Position numbers and translations under genes: made by a program
The notes under the pieces: model-generated
What the model was told of the DNA's origin: nothing
Database searches by the model: none
What the model saw: the letters and a program-made list of their open reading frames with translations, nothing else
Assembly (NCBI RefSeq): GCF_037042905.1
Contig: NC_087250.1
Coordinates: 9,612,001 to 9,676,000 of the forward strand
DNA length: 64,000 nt
Direction of reading: 5' to 3'
Source of the DNA: Lytechinus pictus
Lineage: Eukaryota
Part shown: in pieces, positions 13,251 to 25,700 of the stretch
Position numbering within the stretch: the first letter of the stretch is position 1
Layout: the number at the start of each line of letters is the position of its first letter

Positions 13251-15110
13251 GGGAACATTATGTCACTGAAAGATTTACTACATTGGTTTAATAGTAAGTT
13301 CACATCTACAGTTGATGCAAGTGTGAGTTTGGGTTTTGCAGGTGTTTTTTCAAAGTTTTGGACTGACCTTTTAGATAAATTTGAAGTCATAGTGAACTTC
13401 CCCTTCAATCTGTTTACTTGAGAAGAATTAACAATAATTTTGATTTGTTTGTGACACTTGAACAGGTAAAAACCCTTTCTCGATATTACACAGTATAGAA
13501 TGCTACTTGTACGTATTCAGTTCTTGCACCACTGTGTCAAGTTTGTCATTAATAATTCTAAATACTTTTCCCTGGCTTACTCTTTTTACAGTACCCATTC
13601 CTCCGTTTCTCAGGAAATATGCCATTAATATGAATCAAAAGCATTCCCACCAGCTTGCCACTAACACCACCAAAAGTAATCAATTAACTTGATTTGGAAT
13701 TATGTGAGGGATTACGCAAAAAAAAATCATCCTGTTGGAATGTCAAGAATGTTGCTGAAATCGTAATATTTATGAAATATTTTCACCACAACAATACTCC
13801 TATGGATACACGAAGACATATTTTCTCAGTCAAGCATGTAATGGTTTTTTTCCCTGGCATTGTGTTATTCCAGCTGAAATGTTAAGCTGTTGTTAAGGAC
13901 CGATCACTTTGAATGAAAAGAGGGATAGGAAGTAGTATTTGGTTTTAAGATAATTATTGTGGTAAAGTTATTAACTTTAAATAGTGCAATAGCTATCTTG
14001 TGAGAGGTCCTGTGTGCCAAAAAACGCTTGAAGGTAAAAGAAGATACTTCCAGCAAAAAAATATTTCATGAGAAAATATTTTAAATCAAGATTAATTGTC
14101 ATCATTCTTTTACCATACATATCTACATCTGGCACATTAATGTACACTTACTTTTGAGAAATCATGAAATATTAGCTAAAAACCGATAATTCTGATGATC
14201 ACTAATACAGGAAAGTGTATGTGTGACAGTGTATAAATATTGCTTGGAAAATTACCCAACATTTGATGGAATTCCATTCTTATTTTACTCATTTCTCATC
14301 AATTTCACATTTTTTTCAAGAGCCTTTTGCCACATATTTTTTAATTTATACACTGTTTACAAACACTTTGTTGGTAATTTTATTGGATTCTGTTTTGAGA
14401 TCGTACCACAACTGGTATTTATCTTTAAGACATTTTTTTCAGAAGTTGCGAAGTTTTTCTTTATAGAATGACACTTCACTGAGACCCGTCAAAACACAAT
14501 TATTGCAGATATTTGAAATATGTACCACATCCTCTATTCATATTTAACCATTTGTTTGGCATGTCATTTCACTCCAACATTATTAACAATGCTCTTCATT
14601 ATGCATTCAAGCTCACAATCTGCAAGAAATGGGTAATATGCCAGTCGCCACGGCAACTGGTAAAGATCAACACCCAGGAAATTGACCTAATGAATTGCGC
14701 AAAAATTGCTTGGCAAATACAACAAGAATGAAGCTCGATTATGGCGAGATGAACTGGCCTTCTGTATTGAAATGACACACAAAGCTGTTTGGATTTGGAC
14801 TATCTATAGAAATTGCAATAAAGGCAAACAATTTTTTGGCATACATAGAATTCCTGGACTATTCTCTACATTGAAATGGAAAGGAGAGGGGCTTATCAAG
14901 GGGAAGTACAGCGATGGCACTGCTTCGGGGCATATCAACAGGTCTGTAGGGGGCTAGATGGGGGCAGGGGATGGTGGATGGGACCCCCTTTTTTTACTCG
15001 ATTGTCATCAGAATTTCTATTTCAGCCACTCTATAGATCCCAAATGTGACAAACTCTTTTTTAAAAATCATTCTGCTCTGGAATATTTGCACCAGGAGCC
15101 TGACCAAAAG

Positions 15111-15511
15111 CAGACCTGCCAACCAGTACGTTTTGGGCGTATTTAGTACGTTTTTGCAACCAAAATACGGCAGTACAAACATCGTAATTTATTGAGGAAA
15201 ATCATCTCTTTATGTATGTCTCTATTTCATAAAACTTACACAAATATGGTTGTAAGATCAATGTAATTTCAGGTAATTTGGTCCTTTTTTTTTCAATCAT
15301 TTTGTTAAAACCAGGGTGAGATTTACACATTGTTTAAATGTTTTTTTTTTTCATCTGCAAGAGCAGTGCGCATTTTAGCTTGCATGCAGCTTGAGCGCCG
15401 CGATGAGCGAGCACGCCACACATTTTATTATGAAATACACTTTTTTGGGGAAAAATACACTTTTTTTAATCACATAATACACTTTTTCATTACCAGAGGT
15501 TGGCAGGTCTG
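15111..15511. mobile_element. MITE with perfect 14-bp TIR and 6-bp target duplication
   Basis: caaaag|cagacctgccaacc...ggttggcaggtctg|caaaag. Confidence 0.85.
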
Positions 15512-15988
15512 CAAAAGACCCATCCGCTTCCATTCCTGCTGGAATCCTGCAAGGTTTGTTTTTGCACTAATTCTAGCATCTATCATACTAGACAAAGCAA
15601 CGGGGTATGTCACAGGAAAAGTGCTGCAAAAGACGCTTACCCCCTTCCCGAATGGGATTCCCGGTAAAGGACTTATGGTATTCCCCCACCCACACTCGCA
15701 TACACACACTTATGTGTGCCACAGCAGAGAAAGAAATTAGAGTTGGTAGTTCAATAACTTTTTAGGTTTCATTTGAAACTTTGAAAGAGCCCCTAGATCT
15801 TTTTATGGAGATTAAGGGATGGCCAGGCATGATTGTCTTCTGGAAGCCTTTCTATCGACCACTGAGGGTCAGTTCCTTAAAATCTTCCATAATAAAAAAT
15901 TTTCACTAAAAGCCAAGCTACTGTCATAACTCATTTTCATTTGCTGAAGAGTAAATTTGTTATAGAAATTGTGGATTTGTGATATTAA

Positions 15989-16383
15989 AGGTAAATTCCA
16001 GTTCTGGTAACGATCTCAAAATGACTTTTTACGGAATCTAATATAATGACCACCCAAGTGTCTGTTTGTATGAATAAAAAATATGTGCCAAAGGATTCTG
16101 GAAGAAATTGTGTAATTGCTGAGAAATAAGCAAAATAAGCGCGGATTCGGTCACTTCCGTCGGGTCTTTATTCCAGCAATAATAATACACTGTCCCACGT
16201 GTGCCTATCTGTGTTGGCGATCTTCAGTGTGATCGTATTTCAGCTTAGATTTTATGATTTCACAAAGTTCAGTTTATGTAACTGTACCATATCTAGATCC
16301 ACGATGATATAGTCATCCTTAACCTTGGTTTTACAGACTTTCTCACGAAATTAGTGTTTTACTGCAACTACTGTAATTTAGCT
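15989..16383. mobile_element. TTAA-flanked MITE (Kolobok-like)
   Basis: TTAA|aggtaaattccagt...actgtaatttagct|TTAA. Related fragments lie at 45138-45275 (inverted) and about 52250-52385. Confidence 0.8.
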
Positions 16384-17184
16384 TTAAAGTATTTATGCAA
16401 CAGATATGACCCAGATCCATATTGTATACATGCCTAGAGGCTGATCCTAGAAACAATATCTTCAATTTATTGTACATCGTACATGTAGTCAATGTAATTG
16501 TTTCTAGAAAAATGTTACAGTCCGTTGCTGTGATTTGTGTTCGGGATCTCAGGTTCCAGTACACTTCTTTTGCGTATTACAATTGATTATTCATATTCAC
16601 ACCTCTGTATCATTAGCCGACCCATCCAATCTCCTTGTTTTTATTCCAAGATTTAAAACAAAACCCCCCCCCAAAAAAAAAAAAATAACTAAAGAATTGA
16701 AAATGATCAACTGGGTGAGATCCCCTGAATGTGTGCCCAACCCAGAGCCTCCCTACATGGTTTCATGAACAATTCTTTGAAAAATAGAGAAACGCAACCT
16801 TGTCATTTTATACAAAAGCGCTTTATGAATTGTTATGAAATTCCTTGACACGGTGCATTGGTTATTCCATAATACACCCATGGATGAACCAGTGCTTAGG
16901 AATGGCAAAGCGTATTAATAGCCATATTGTGAAGGATCCCATGTGACCTATTGCTGTTTAGAAGTATGATTTGGGTCTGTTCATACTTTTTAGTGAATCG
17001 TAATAATAACGATAATAATCATAGGTCCAAATAGGGCACACATGACTACTTCAGACCCCCATTCAAAATCACTGCTCATAAAAAATCATTAAAAAATCAA
17101 TCCCTCGATTGATTTCATTTTAAATCACTGACATTAATCATGAGCTTGTGTTAATTTAGTACCGTACTTATAATTGATATTGAC

Positions 17185-17665
17185 AATTTTGGGCAATCAT
17201 TTGAATTAAAACAATCATTGCATTCTGGCAAGTAAATACTACGCAATCATTATTGCAATTTGAAGTCATTTGATGTTGTCAATCATTGTTTTTCATTTCA
17301 GTTTGGAATCCCTGTATTGGCAATCATTGTGTTTTAAAGTCATTTGATGTTGGCAATCATTGTTTTCAATTCCAATTTGGAATCCCTGTATTGGCAATCA
17401 TTGTGTTTTGTACATGTAGGATTTGTTTGCCAAATATTGGCAATCATTGCATGTTTTCACCCATTTGATTTGGAAATCAAATTGCCAGTCATTTTCAAAT
17501 ATTTGCAATCATGAGTAATCTTTTGGGCAACCATTTGAATCAATACTGTCATTGATTTTGGCAGTCATAATGTAGGCAAAAAGTTGATACAGGCACAGGC
17601 AATGATTTCATTTAGGCAATCATTTCACAAATGCAATCATCACATTTTCATGTATGCCATCATTA
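17185..17665. repeat. Degenerate array of ggcaatcatt motifs
   Basis: More than 15 (g)caatcat motifs, including a duplication of about 56 bp at 17302/17377. Confidence 0.8.
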
Positions 17666-18044
17666 CAGATTTACATATCCTTCCGGATGTGGACGACATG
17701 CCATGCAATCAAAGTTTATTGTGGGAACACACCCTCACCATTGTGTTCTTTTAGAAAACGTCCTATTGAAACGTCATAGTCCAAGGTTCATTGGTCTTCT
17801 TTAGATATGGGGCGGTAAGAATATGGGCAAAGAACCAGAACTATTATATGCCCATTGCATTGATAGGTGTGTACATGGTCTTGTGCTGACTGCATTTGTG
17901 TATTATTATTACCTCCTAGAATAAAGTCATCAAGTCCTCCTGTGCGCTTCAAGTGAAATGCAGTAAATTGGATATTTTGGAATACCTTGCTACATTGTAG
18001 TTTCGGGGTTTGGAGAAAGAAATACAACAAAGATATAGACGTGT

Positions 18045-18355
18045 TTGTTCTGGTTTAATTTTGGATTTAGCCAGTCCCGCAGCCAAGTTGGTTTTAACTT
18101 TTTTAGTGCGGATTGCTGCTACATACCTTTGCTAGTTTCAGAAGTTGGACAAAACAATACTACGGAGATGTGGATGTGCTAGTGTCGGTTTAAGTTTGGA
18201 TTTAATGATTTAGCCGAAGCAGGACATGGTTATAAAAACCTACTAGTTTCACTGCAGATTGATGCTTCATACAGTTGCAAGTAGTTTCAGGATACCACCG
18301 ACTCTGGATATAGTTCCTGTTTAATTTGGATTTAATCATTAACCAAAGTGGCTGC
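18045..18355. repeat. Degenerate tandem repeat of about 135 bp (2-3 units)
   Basis: gtttaa.ttggattta at about 18054, 18188 and 18319, each of the first two followed by tagtttca. Confidence 0.6.
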
Positions 18356-19387
18356 AAAATACTTCTGTTTTGACTGCGGATTTTTCTTTGCCGACTTTAG
18401 TCCCACTTGGAAGTGACAGATGAAGGTATTGGGCTACTCCACTGTTAACCCTTCGACTGCTGGATTCTGTAATTCTCATAGGCTTTATACAGGGATCGCC
18501 CAGATCCAGTAGGCTACTGGATAATAAGATATAGGGGTTCAAAGCTACATGCAAAAATGCCTTACCAGAAAAAAAATTAACCAGAATTGTATGACCCCCC
18601 CCCTCCCACCCTGTGTGAGATACATTTGTACACCTTTTACTTCTATCTTTGATATCATGAAAACAACATTCTTCTCAGTTTGATCAATAACCGATACCAA
18701 ACACATTTGTTTTTGCAGGGGGGGGGGGCAGGGGGAGGATGGGGGCGGAAGAGCTTGGGAATGAGAGAGCGGGAGTATCTTGGTTTTTATTTTACTCGTA
18801 AATTCTGTATTGGCTCACATACTGTACATCATTAATTGTTTTTATTCTATGTTATTGTTTACATTCAGTTGCTTTGCAATGCAATTCAACATCTATGTCT
18901 ACAGATAATACTTGCCCTTTGGAATGTACAGGTACAATTTTATCATCTCTGATAACTTTTCATGTGTGTTTGCTTTTCAGTTCAGGACTACCTTTGATAC
19001 TTACAGTACTATTTATCACTTGTGAACTATTTATGATAGTTGTTATTGCTGATACAATTTACAATTTTTTATATAGAATTCAACTCTGGATAATGCAGAA
19101 TTCAATTCAATTCAGCATTTATTTCCATATTCATTAAAATGAACAAAATGAGAACAAAATTATACATACACAAAGGAGATATAAATAACATAAAACAAAG
19201 CATACATGTAGGTATCAACAGAACATAACTGAAACAAATAGTGGTGATGATAAAATTATGGTTGTCACATAATTATAAAAACATAGATGAACAAAATAAT
19301 TGGGCATGCACAAAAAACAATAAAAAGGCTTGTTAAAATGCACATACCCAAGAATTGCATCCCCTCACAATAAAATACCATCATTCA

Positions 19388-19470
19388 CAGGGTTCCCACA
19401 GTCATGGAAAATCCTGGAAAGATTTGTGGTCATGGAAAGTCAGGGAAGTTTGAAAATTTGTGAAAGGAGT
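19388..19470 (+). mobile_element. hAT-like left terminus fragment
   Basis: cagggttcccacagtcatggaaaatcctggaaa..gtcatggaaagtcagggaa with repeated subterminal motifs. No right end was found. Confidence 0.45.
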
Positions 19471-19667
19471 TGTAGAGCAGGAGCCGGCGAGAAAACCCAA
19501 CTTTCAGGCAGGTTGACTGGCTGTCTTTAGGAGTATGTACCTCTATTCACTTTTCTTAGTCATTTCTATGACTTTCCACGTGATGTACCAAAGACCACTT
19601 TCGACATTTTTTGTTAGTCGTCTACTAGTCAACCTTTTTTTATTTCATATTCATATCATTTCCTCAG

Positions 19668-19798
19668 GTGGTTGATGAATCTTAGAATTTGAGATCGAGA
19701 GACACCGTAACGAAACCCACGATGCCGATTCCGACAGGAAGACAGAACCCGTACGTCCAGGAGTCCCCCTACGGACATCATGGGGGCCACCATCCACA
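19668..19798 (+). CDS. EPS8: EPS8 coding exon 1 (UTR 19668-19721, ATG 19722: [26 protein letters not shown])
   Basis: Acceptor tttcctcag at 19667 and donor gtgagt at 19799. Phase 2 joins the next exon in frame. The acceptor implies a further non-coding exon upstream. Confidence 0.75.
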
Positions 19799-22700
19799 GT
19801 GAGTATTCGTTTTCGTCGTTATGATTTGTGAATGTTCAGTTTGTCATTGCAATCCATAATACCCCCCCCTCCAAAAAAAATATATATATATAATAATTAA
19901 ATAATAATAATAGTGATAATTATTATTATTATAATAATAAATAAAAAAATTATAATAGTATGATAAATATATAAATAAATTTATGAATAAATGAATAAAA
20001 TAAATAAATATTAATAATAGAAATATAACATATAAATGATTGAAAAATAACTAAATAAATGAATGATTGAATAAACAAGTGAATATATGCAAATATGTAC
20101 ATCAGTGTAATAAAAGTAAATAAACAAAGGAAAATAAATGTATTGCTTTCATGAATCACTTTTTATTGATAAAAAGGGAAATCATTAAAATAAATGATCA
20201 CTGAGTATTATACATGTAGTGCATCTGAATTTGTTTTCTGTGCGTGTATTCAAATCAACTTTTGTTTGGATTATGCCAGGGCCTCGTTGCATAAAAGTTA
20301 CTATTATAGTAAATGTGCTTTCGAATGGTATCTTTCATGGAATCCTTGATTCTGATTGGCTGTCTAGCCTTATTACCATACCATCATGGTAGTGCCATTA
20401 TGGTAAGTGCCATTATGGTAACTTTTATGCATTGGGGCCCAGATGGTATTCGTAACCCGTATGATAAGTTAGCAAATGACAGTACTCAGCATGGTGTAAA
20501 TCATGTGACATACATGGAATATCAAAGTAACCTCAGACTGGATCTACAGTACACATATTAAGCCTTAATCTGATAGAATAATAATAATCCAAACATCTAT
20601 GTAGCACTTTTTACGAAAATATCTCTGAGCGTTAAAGAGAATAGATAAAAAGAGAAGGAATTCCATCAATTAATTACAGTTTGCAAATTATGTGAGGAAA
20701 CTGAGGAATGATGTTCGTAGTATTGAGATTGATGGTGATTTTTTAAAATTTTTTTCGTTAGAATGTATTGGACACATTAGGTTGGATTGTTGAAATTTAT
20801 GATGCATGTTTGTGTCTGAAGGGGGCTTGAATTGTGGTTGAATTTTCTACTGGTAGTGAAAGTGAACGTGGGAAGAAAGAAATGAGTTAGATTGTATTTG
20901 TATCTCACCCCAAAATATTTGAAAGGATAGTATCGTGGATCATTGAATGCAGCAATCGATGCAATATTTCTGATCGTCTTTTCGTTCCTTTCTTTTCGTC
21001 AACAGAACGAATGGCCAGATGGACAGAAGTCACATACCCAATGGCTACCCCACTGGCAACGGGCGCCAAAATGGCGTCCCACACGAAGGACCTTCAAGAG
21101 GTGCAAATAACAACAATCATAAGGGTCACTATGGTAGGTTCATTGTGTACTTTCTCCCTGTATGCCTAATACCACTTTTAGTAACTCGCTGATCCGGACC
21201 AGTCCCAGGCCAAGTCATAAAATTTTGAGTATATGAATGGCGCTGTCTAAAATAGCCCACATGCCCAAGTTTTTTAATAGGTGATCGTAAAGGTTGCCCG
21301 TCTCTGCTATTTAATACTGAACATAATTTTGATTGTGTGATGCGTACTATTTTAGCGCGGGCCTGGTGCGGACCAAAACATCACGAATTACTGAAAACAA
21401 AATAAGAAGCTTATAAGACATATACATGTATATTTACCGAGGCAAGAAGTAGGCAAACATACTGGTTAATTACTCATAAAAGTTCCCCAGGGGTATGGTG
21501 AAATACAATGGTTGTTTTCACCATAATAGTGCAGAAGTTTGTGGTGCCCCATACAAAGATCTTTAAAAAAAAAAAATTTGAACTTTGATTTAATATTCTT
21601 CATGTGGATTATAAAATATTTGGGACAAAGAACAATTTAATTTTTGCAGCTGCTTTCAAGACATCTGTGACTGAAAAATTATAATTTATATCATATCTCG
21701 GCAAGATTAACGTAACAATATTTATATCGAATATATTTATTGTGGTGGTTCTTGTCACTTTATATTGCACTTTTTTTATTCTGTAAATAATGATTTTAAA
21801 GTGAAACTTTTTCTGGGCTTCATTTTTACGACATTTCACTGCCACAGGCAGCAATTGCGACCTTGCAGCTCAGATAAAAAAAAAAGTCAAATCACTGTTT
21901 ACCAATGCGTTTGATTTATTTACCAAGAAGCATTTTTTTCTCAATGACATAATCTTATTGTTATTTCCTATTTCTTTCTATGCAGGGGTGTATGGAGACC
22001 CTAGACACTTGGCTGAACAGCCAAGCAGAGACAAGAGAAGACCGGTGTCGTACCCCAACGGTCACCCTCCGCAGGAGTACGACCCCTCCCGTAGGCCTGT
22101 CTCCTACCAGCAGGGCCACCATGAACCCCAACCACACCCACATGGCCACGCCCATCAGCAGCAGCCACACCCCAAGCAACAGGCCCATGTCCCCTCCCAC
22201 CACCACGCACAGCCGCAGCACAGGTCCAACAGGTTCCCAGTGGAGGTAAGGAATCAGATGATGATGATGGTGATGATGATGACGATGATGATGATGATGA
22301 TAAATGATGATGGTGATGATGATGATGATGGTGATGATGGTGATGGTGATGATGATGATGATGATGGTGATGGTGAAGATGATGTTGATGATGATGATGG
22401 TGATGATGATGATGATGATAAATGATGAGGATGATGATGATTCTGATGACAGGCATTTGCATACTGCCATCTATCTAGAAATGATGATGATGATAATGAT
22501 GATCGGCATTTGTATAGTGCCATCTATTTAGAAACATCTATTCCGATGCGCATTATTATTATTAAATCACCCCGACTTTAGCTTGAGCTGCCTTTCAGCG
22601 CTCGTGCAATCAAGGAATTATCCTGCCGAGTACCCATTCACCTCACCTGGGTCAAGTGCAGCACACTCTGGATAAATTTCTTGCTGAAGGAAAACACGCC

Positions 22701-25700
22701 ATGGCTAGGATTTTAACCCACGACCCTCTGTTTGAAAGGCAAAAGTCAGAACCACTAGACCATGACACGCCCAAAACTCTTATCATAATCAGAGTGGTGA
22801 TGGTTGATATAATTTTTGTTTTACCTGATTGCTAAGAAAATTTGAATGCTTGTACGCAAGCATGCAGAGCGCAAAAGGGCTTGAATTCCTCTCTGAGGGA
22901 ACTGATGGTGTTTCCATAAAGCTGTTCATAATTTGTGTCAGTCAGTTATTCATTATTTACTGTAAATAATGATAATTTCAAATTAGAATGTCACACTGCT
23001 TTGTGGTCACGCCGTTTCAAAGCCATTTTTAGCAAGTTGTGAAAAGTGAGCCCCCTGAAAAATCAAAACCATATGCCTTCAACAAGGTAATCATTCCTTC
23101 CTGTTTTGCCGTATTTTTTATTGATTTAGAACCAAAAATACTTGTTCGTGGACAGATTTTCCATGTTTGATCGATACTGTTTTTCATCTCAAAATGTATT
23201 TTTCTTGTCCTTCAAATTACTACAATCAGGGGGATGTTTCACAAAGATTTAAGTATGACTTAAGTCGCACTTAAATGCCGACGCGTACATGATATGCAAC
23301 GCGGGGTCTTATTGATACATGTAGATACGCAGTAGTGCGCGTCCTCATGACACGATCTGTCCAATGCGGTCAAGCCTTTCATACCTTACGCAACTCGGTA
23401 TTTAAGTGCGACTCTAAGTCATACTCTACAAGCATACTCCTTCCTAATATGTACATGTATATACAGTGTATAAAACAAAGTATTATGCATTTATTTTAAA
23501 GTATGATACATCATTTGTATAATGTCTCATTTCTATACTTTGTAATTCTTGTATATTCTTGATTTTGCATGTTTTTAATGGAAAATAAATGAATTTAATT
23601 CAATTTAAAAAATACTTAAATCTTTGTGAAACACCCCTCTTGTTTGCGAAGTTGGTATCCTTGCTTCGAACCTTAACCTTGATATTTTTTTTTTCTGTGA
23701 TTCCGCAGCATCTCTACACATTTGCTATGGATAAGAAAGATGGGGTGGTGTCGGTAGAAGATGGCATCCGTAAGCTGAGGATACTGGACGCCAAGGGGAA
23801 GATCTGGTCGCAGGACGTCAGACTAATGGTCACAGAGAAGGAAGTGGTGCTGATGGATGAATATACTCAGGTAAATGTTTGTTTGTAGTCATCATTGCAT
23901 CGATTAAGCAACCAATATTTTTCAATTTTAATTCAAGTTTATTTTGCTCTCTGCATAAAATGAACATAATTGTGGTAAATACATGGGAACAAAGTTTACA
24001 TAACATCAAAGACATAAAAGTTTACCCCAAAAAAAAGCATTGAGAGGGAAACAGCCAAAAAGGAAAAAGAAATCCTTATAAAATGGCCGACCTAACTTAC
24101 TTTAAAAAGAATAATAATTATTGACAATATCAAAAGTAACAAAATATAAATAACAATAAGAAGACATTACAAAGGCATAGATACATAAGTGGTAAGATTT
24201 AGATTATATAAAAAAATATATTTACAAACATGTTTAATTATCAATTATGAAATTACGTTTACGTTACGTTTGAAAATATTAAATGAACGAGATGTTTTCA
24301 AATTAACCGGCAAAGAATTCCACAGTACTGGGCCACAAAAAAAAATAGATTTATGAGAAAGGCAATTTCTTATTTTAAGAAAGTGGATTAGCTTCAAAAG
24401 ATGTCTCAGATGACTCCTGTCTGACCTAAAGGATTGCAACTTACTGCATTAGCTGCAAGATTAAAATATTTATAATGAATTCAAACGCTGACATCACACC
24501 GACACAAAAAAGATATTACAATCTTTTGCGTTATGAGGTTGTCAATGAATTTGTGCCTTGTTCATCATTTACATCTAGTCATTACTGAACCAACACTCAC
24601 AATATTTAGGTTTTAACTGAGGCAGGCGTTAGTGGTAGCCATTGTTTTACCTTTGTTCTCAATGTGCTTACTACTGAATTCAGGGGTTACCGTAGGCTTT
24701 GAAAAGAGATCACCCGGTTGCATTATGTTTAACAGATTAAGATGCAGGGAGACGACAAAAAAAAACACTGAGTAGGTTACTTGCGTAGTTGATAGGGTTT
24801 TAGACTTAGAATGTTGCTGTTAAGACAGGACACACTATATCTCCTGCCATAGGCTGTGTATATTAGGATAGTCTTTATATACTTTCTTTTTTCAATAAAA
24901 AATCAAGACATATAATATTCAGTTTGGTTAAAAGGTATAATCCATTTTTCTTCCAGGAAACGTTAGAGGTGTTCCCACTGCAGGACATCGGAGCAGTCTC
25001 GGCCGAGTTAAAGCAGTGTAACTACGACAGTCTACTCGTCATCATTGTCAGATATACCAGCAAGAGAGTTCCAGAGATGATGATGTTCCAGTGCGAACAG
25101 ATCTCGGTGAGTACACTGCCAATGCAGGGAGTGGATAGCTCCCTTTTCACACCCCCAGAACAGAATATGAACATGTTTGTGTGGAAACTTTCATTGAGTG
25201 CTATTTGCAACAGTATTTCTGCATATTGTGAGGAGGACTAGAAGGAGAATGAGGTGAAGAAAATAAAGAGAAGGAGAAGGAGTGGGAAGGGGAGGAAAAG
25301 GAGGAGAAGGGAAAGGAATGGGAGAAATAGAAGACAAAAGAAGGGAGCGGATAAAGAGAAGGAGAAGAAGAGGAATTAGGAGGTGAACAAGATTGAGGTG
25401 GAGAAGAAGAAAGAGAAGGAGAAGAAGAATAAGGAGAAGGTGAAAGTGAAGGAGGAAGAGGAAGAGATGGGGAAAGAGAAGGAGAGGAAAGAAGACAGAG
25501 GATGAGGAAGAAAAGGAGGAGGATGAGGAATAAAGGGAGAGGAGAAGGAAAAGGGTGAAAAAACTCTCACTAGCATGTCATCTTTCTTTAATACACCACT
25601 TAGGAAAATAAGCTCACCATTTTGCAAAAAATGTTACATACATGTATGACAATTAAGCTTTCATGAAAGGGACCTAGCTGCATTGAAAATCTGTACTTAT

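Noticed and set aside
21961..22531. Poly-His, poly-Ile, poly-Ser and poly-Met/Asp ORFs
   Set aside because: These are translations of the intronic (GAT)n microsatellite. The real exon ends at the donor at 22245.
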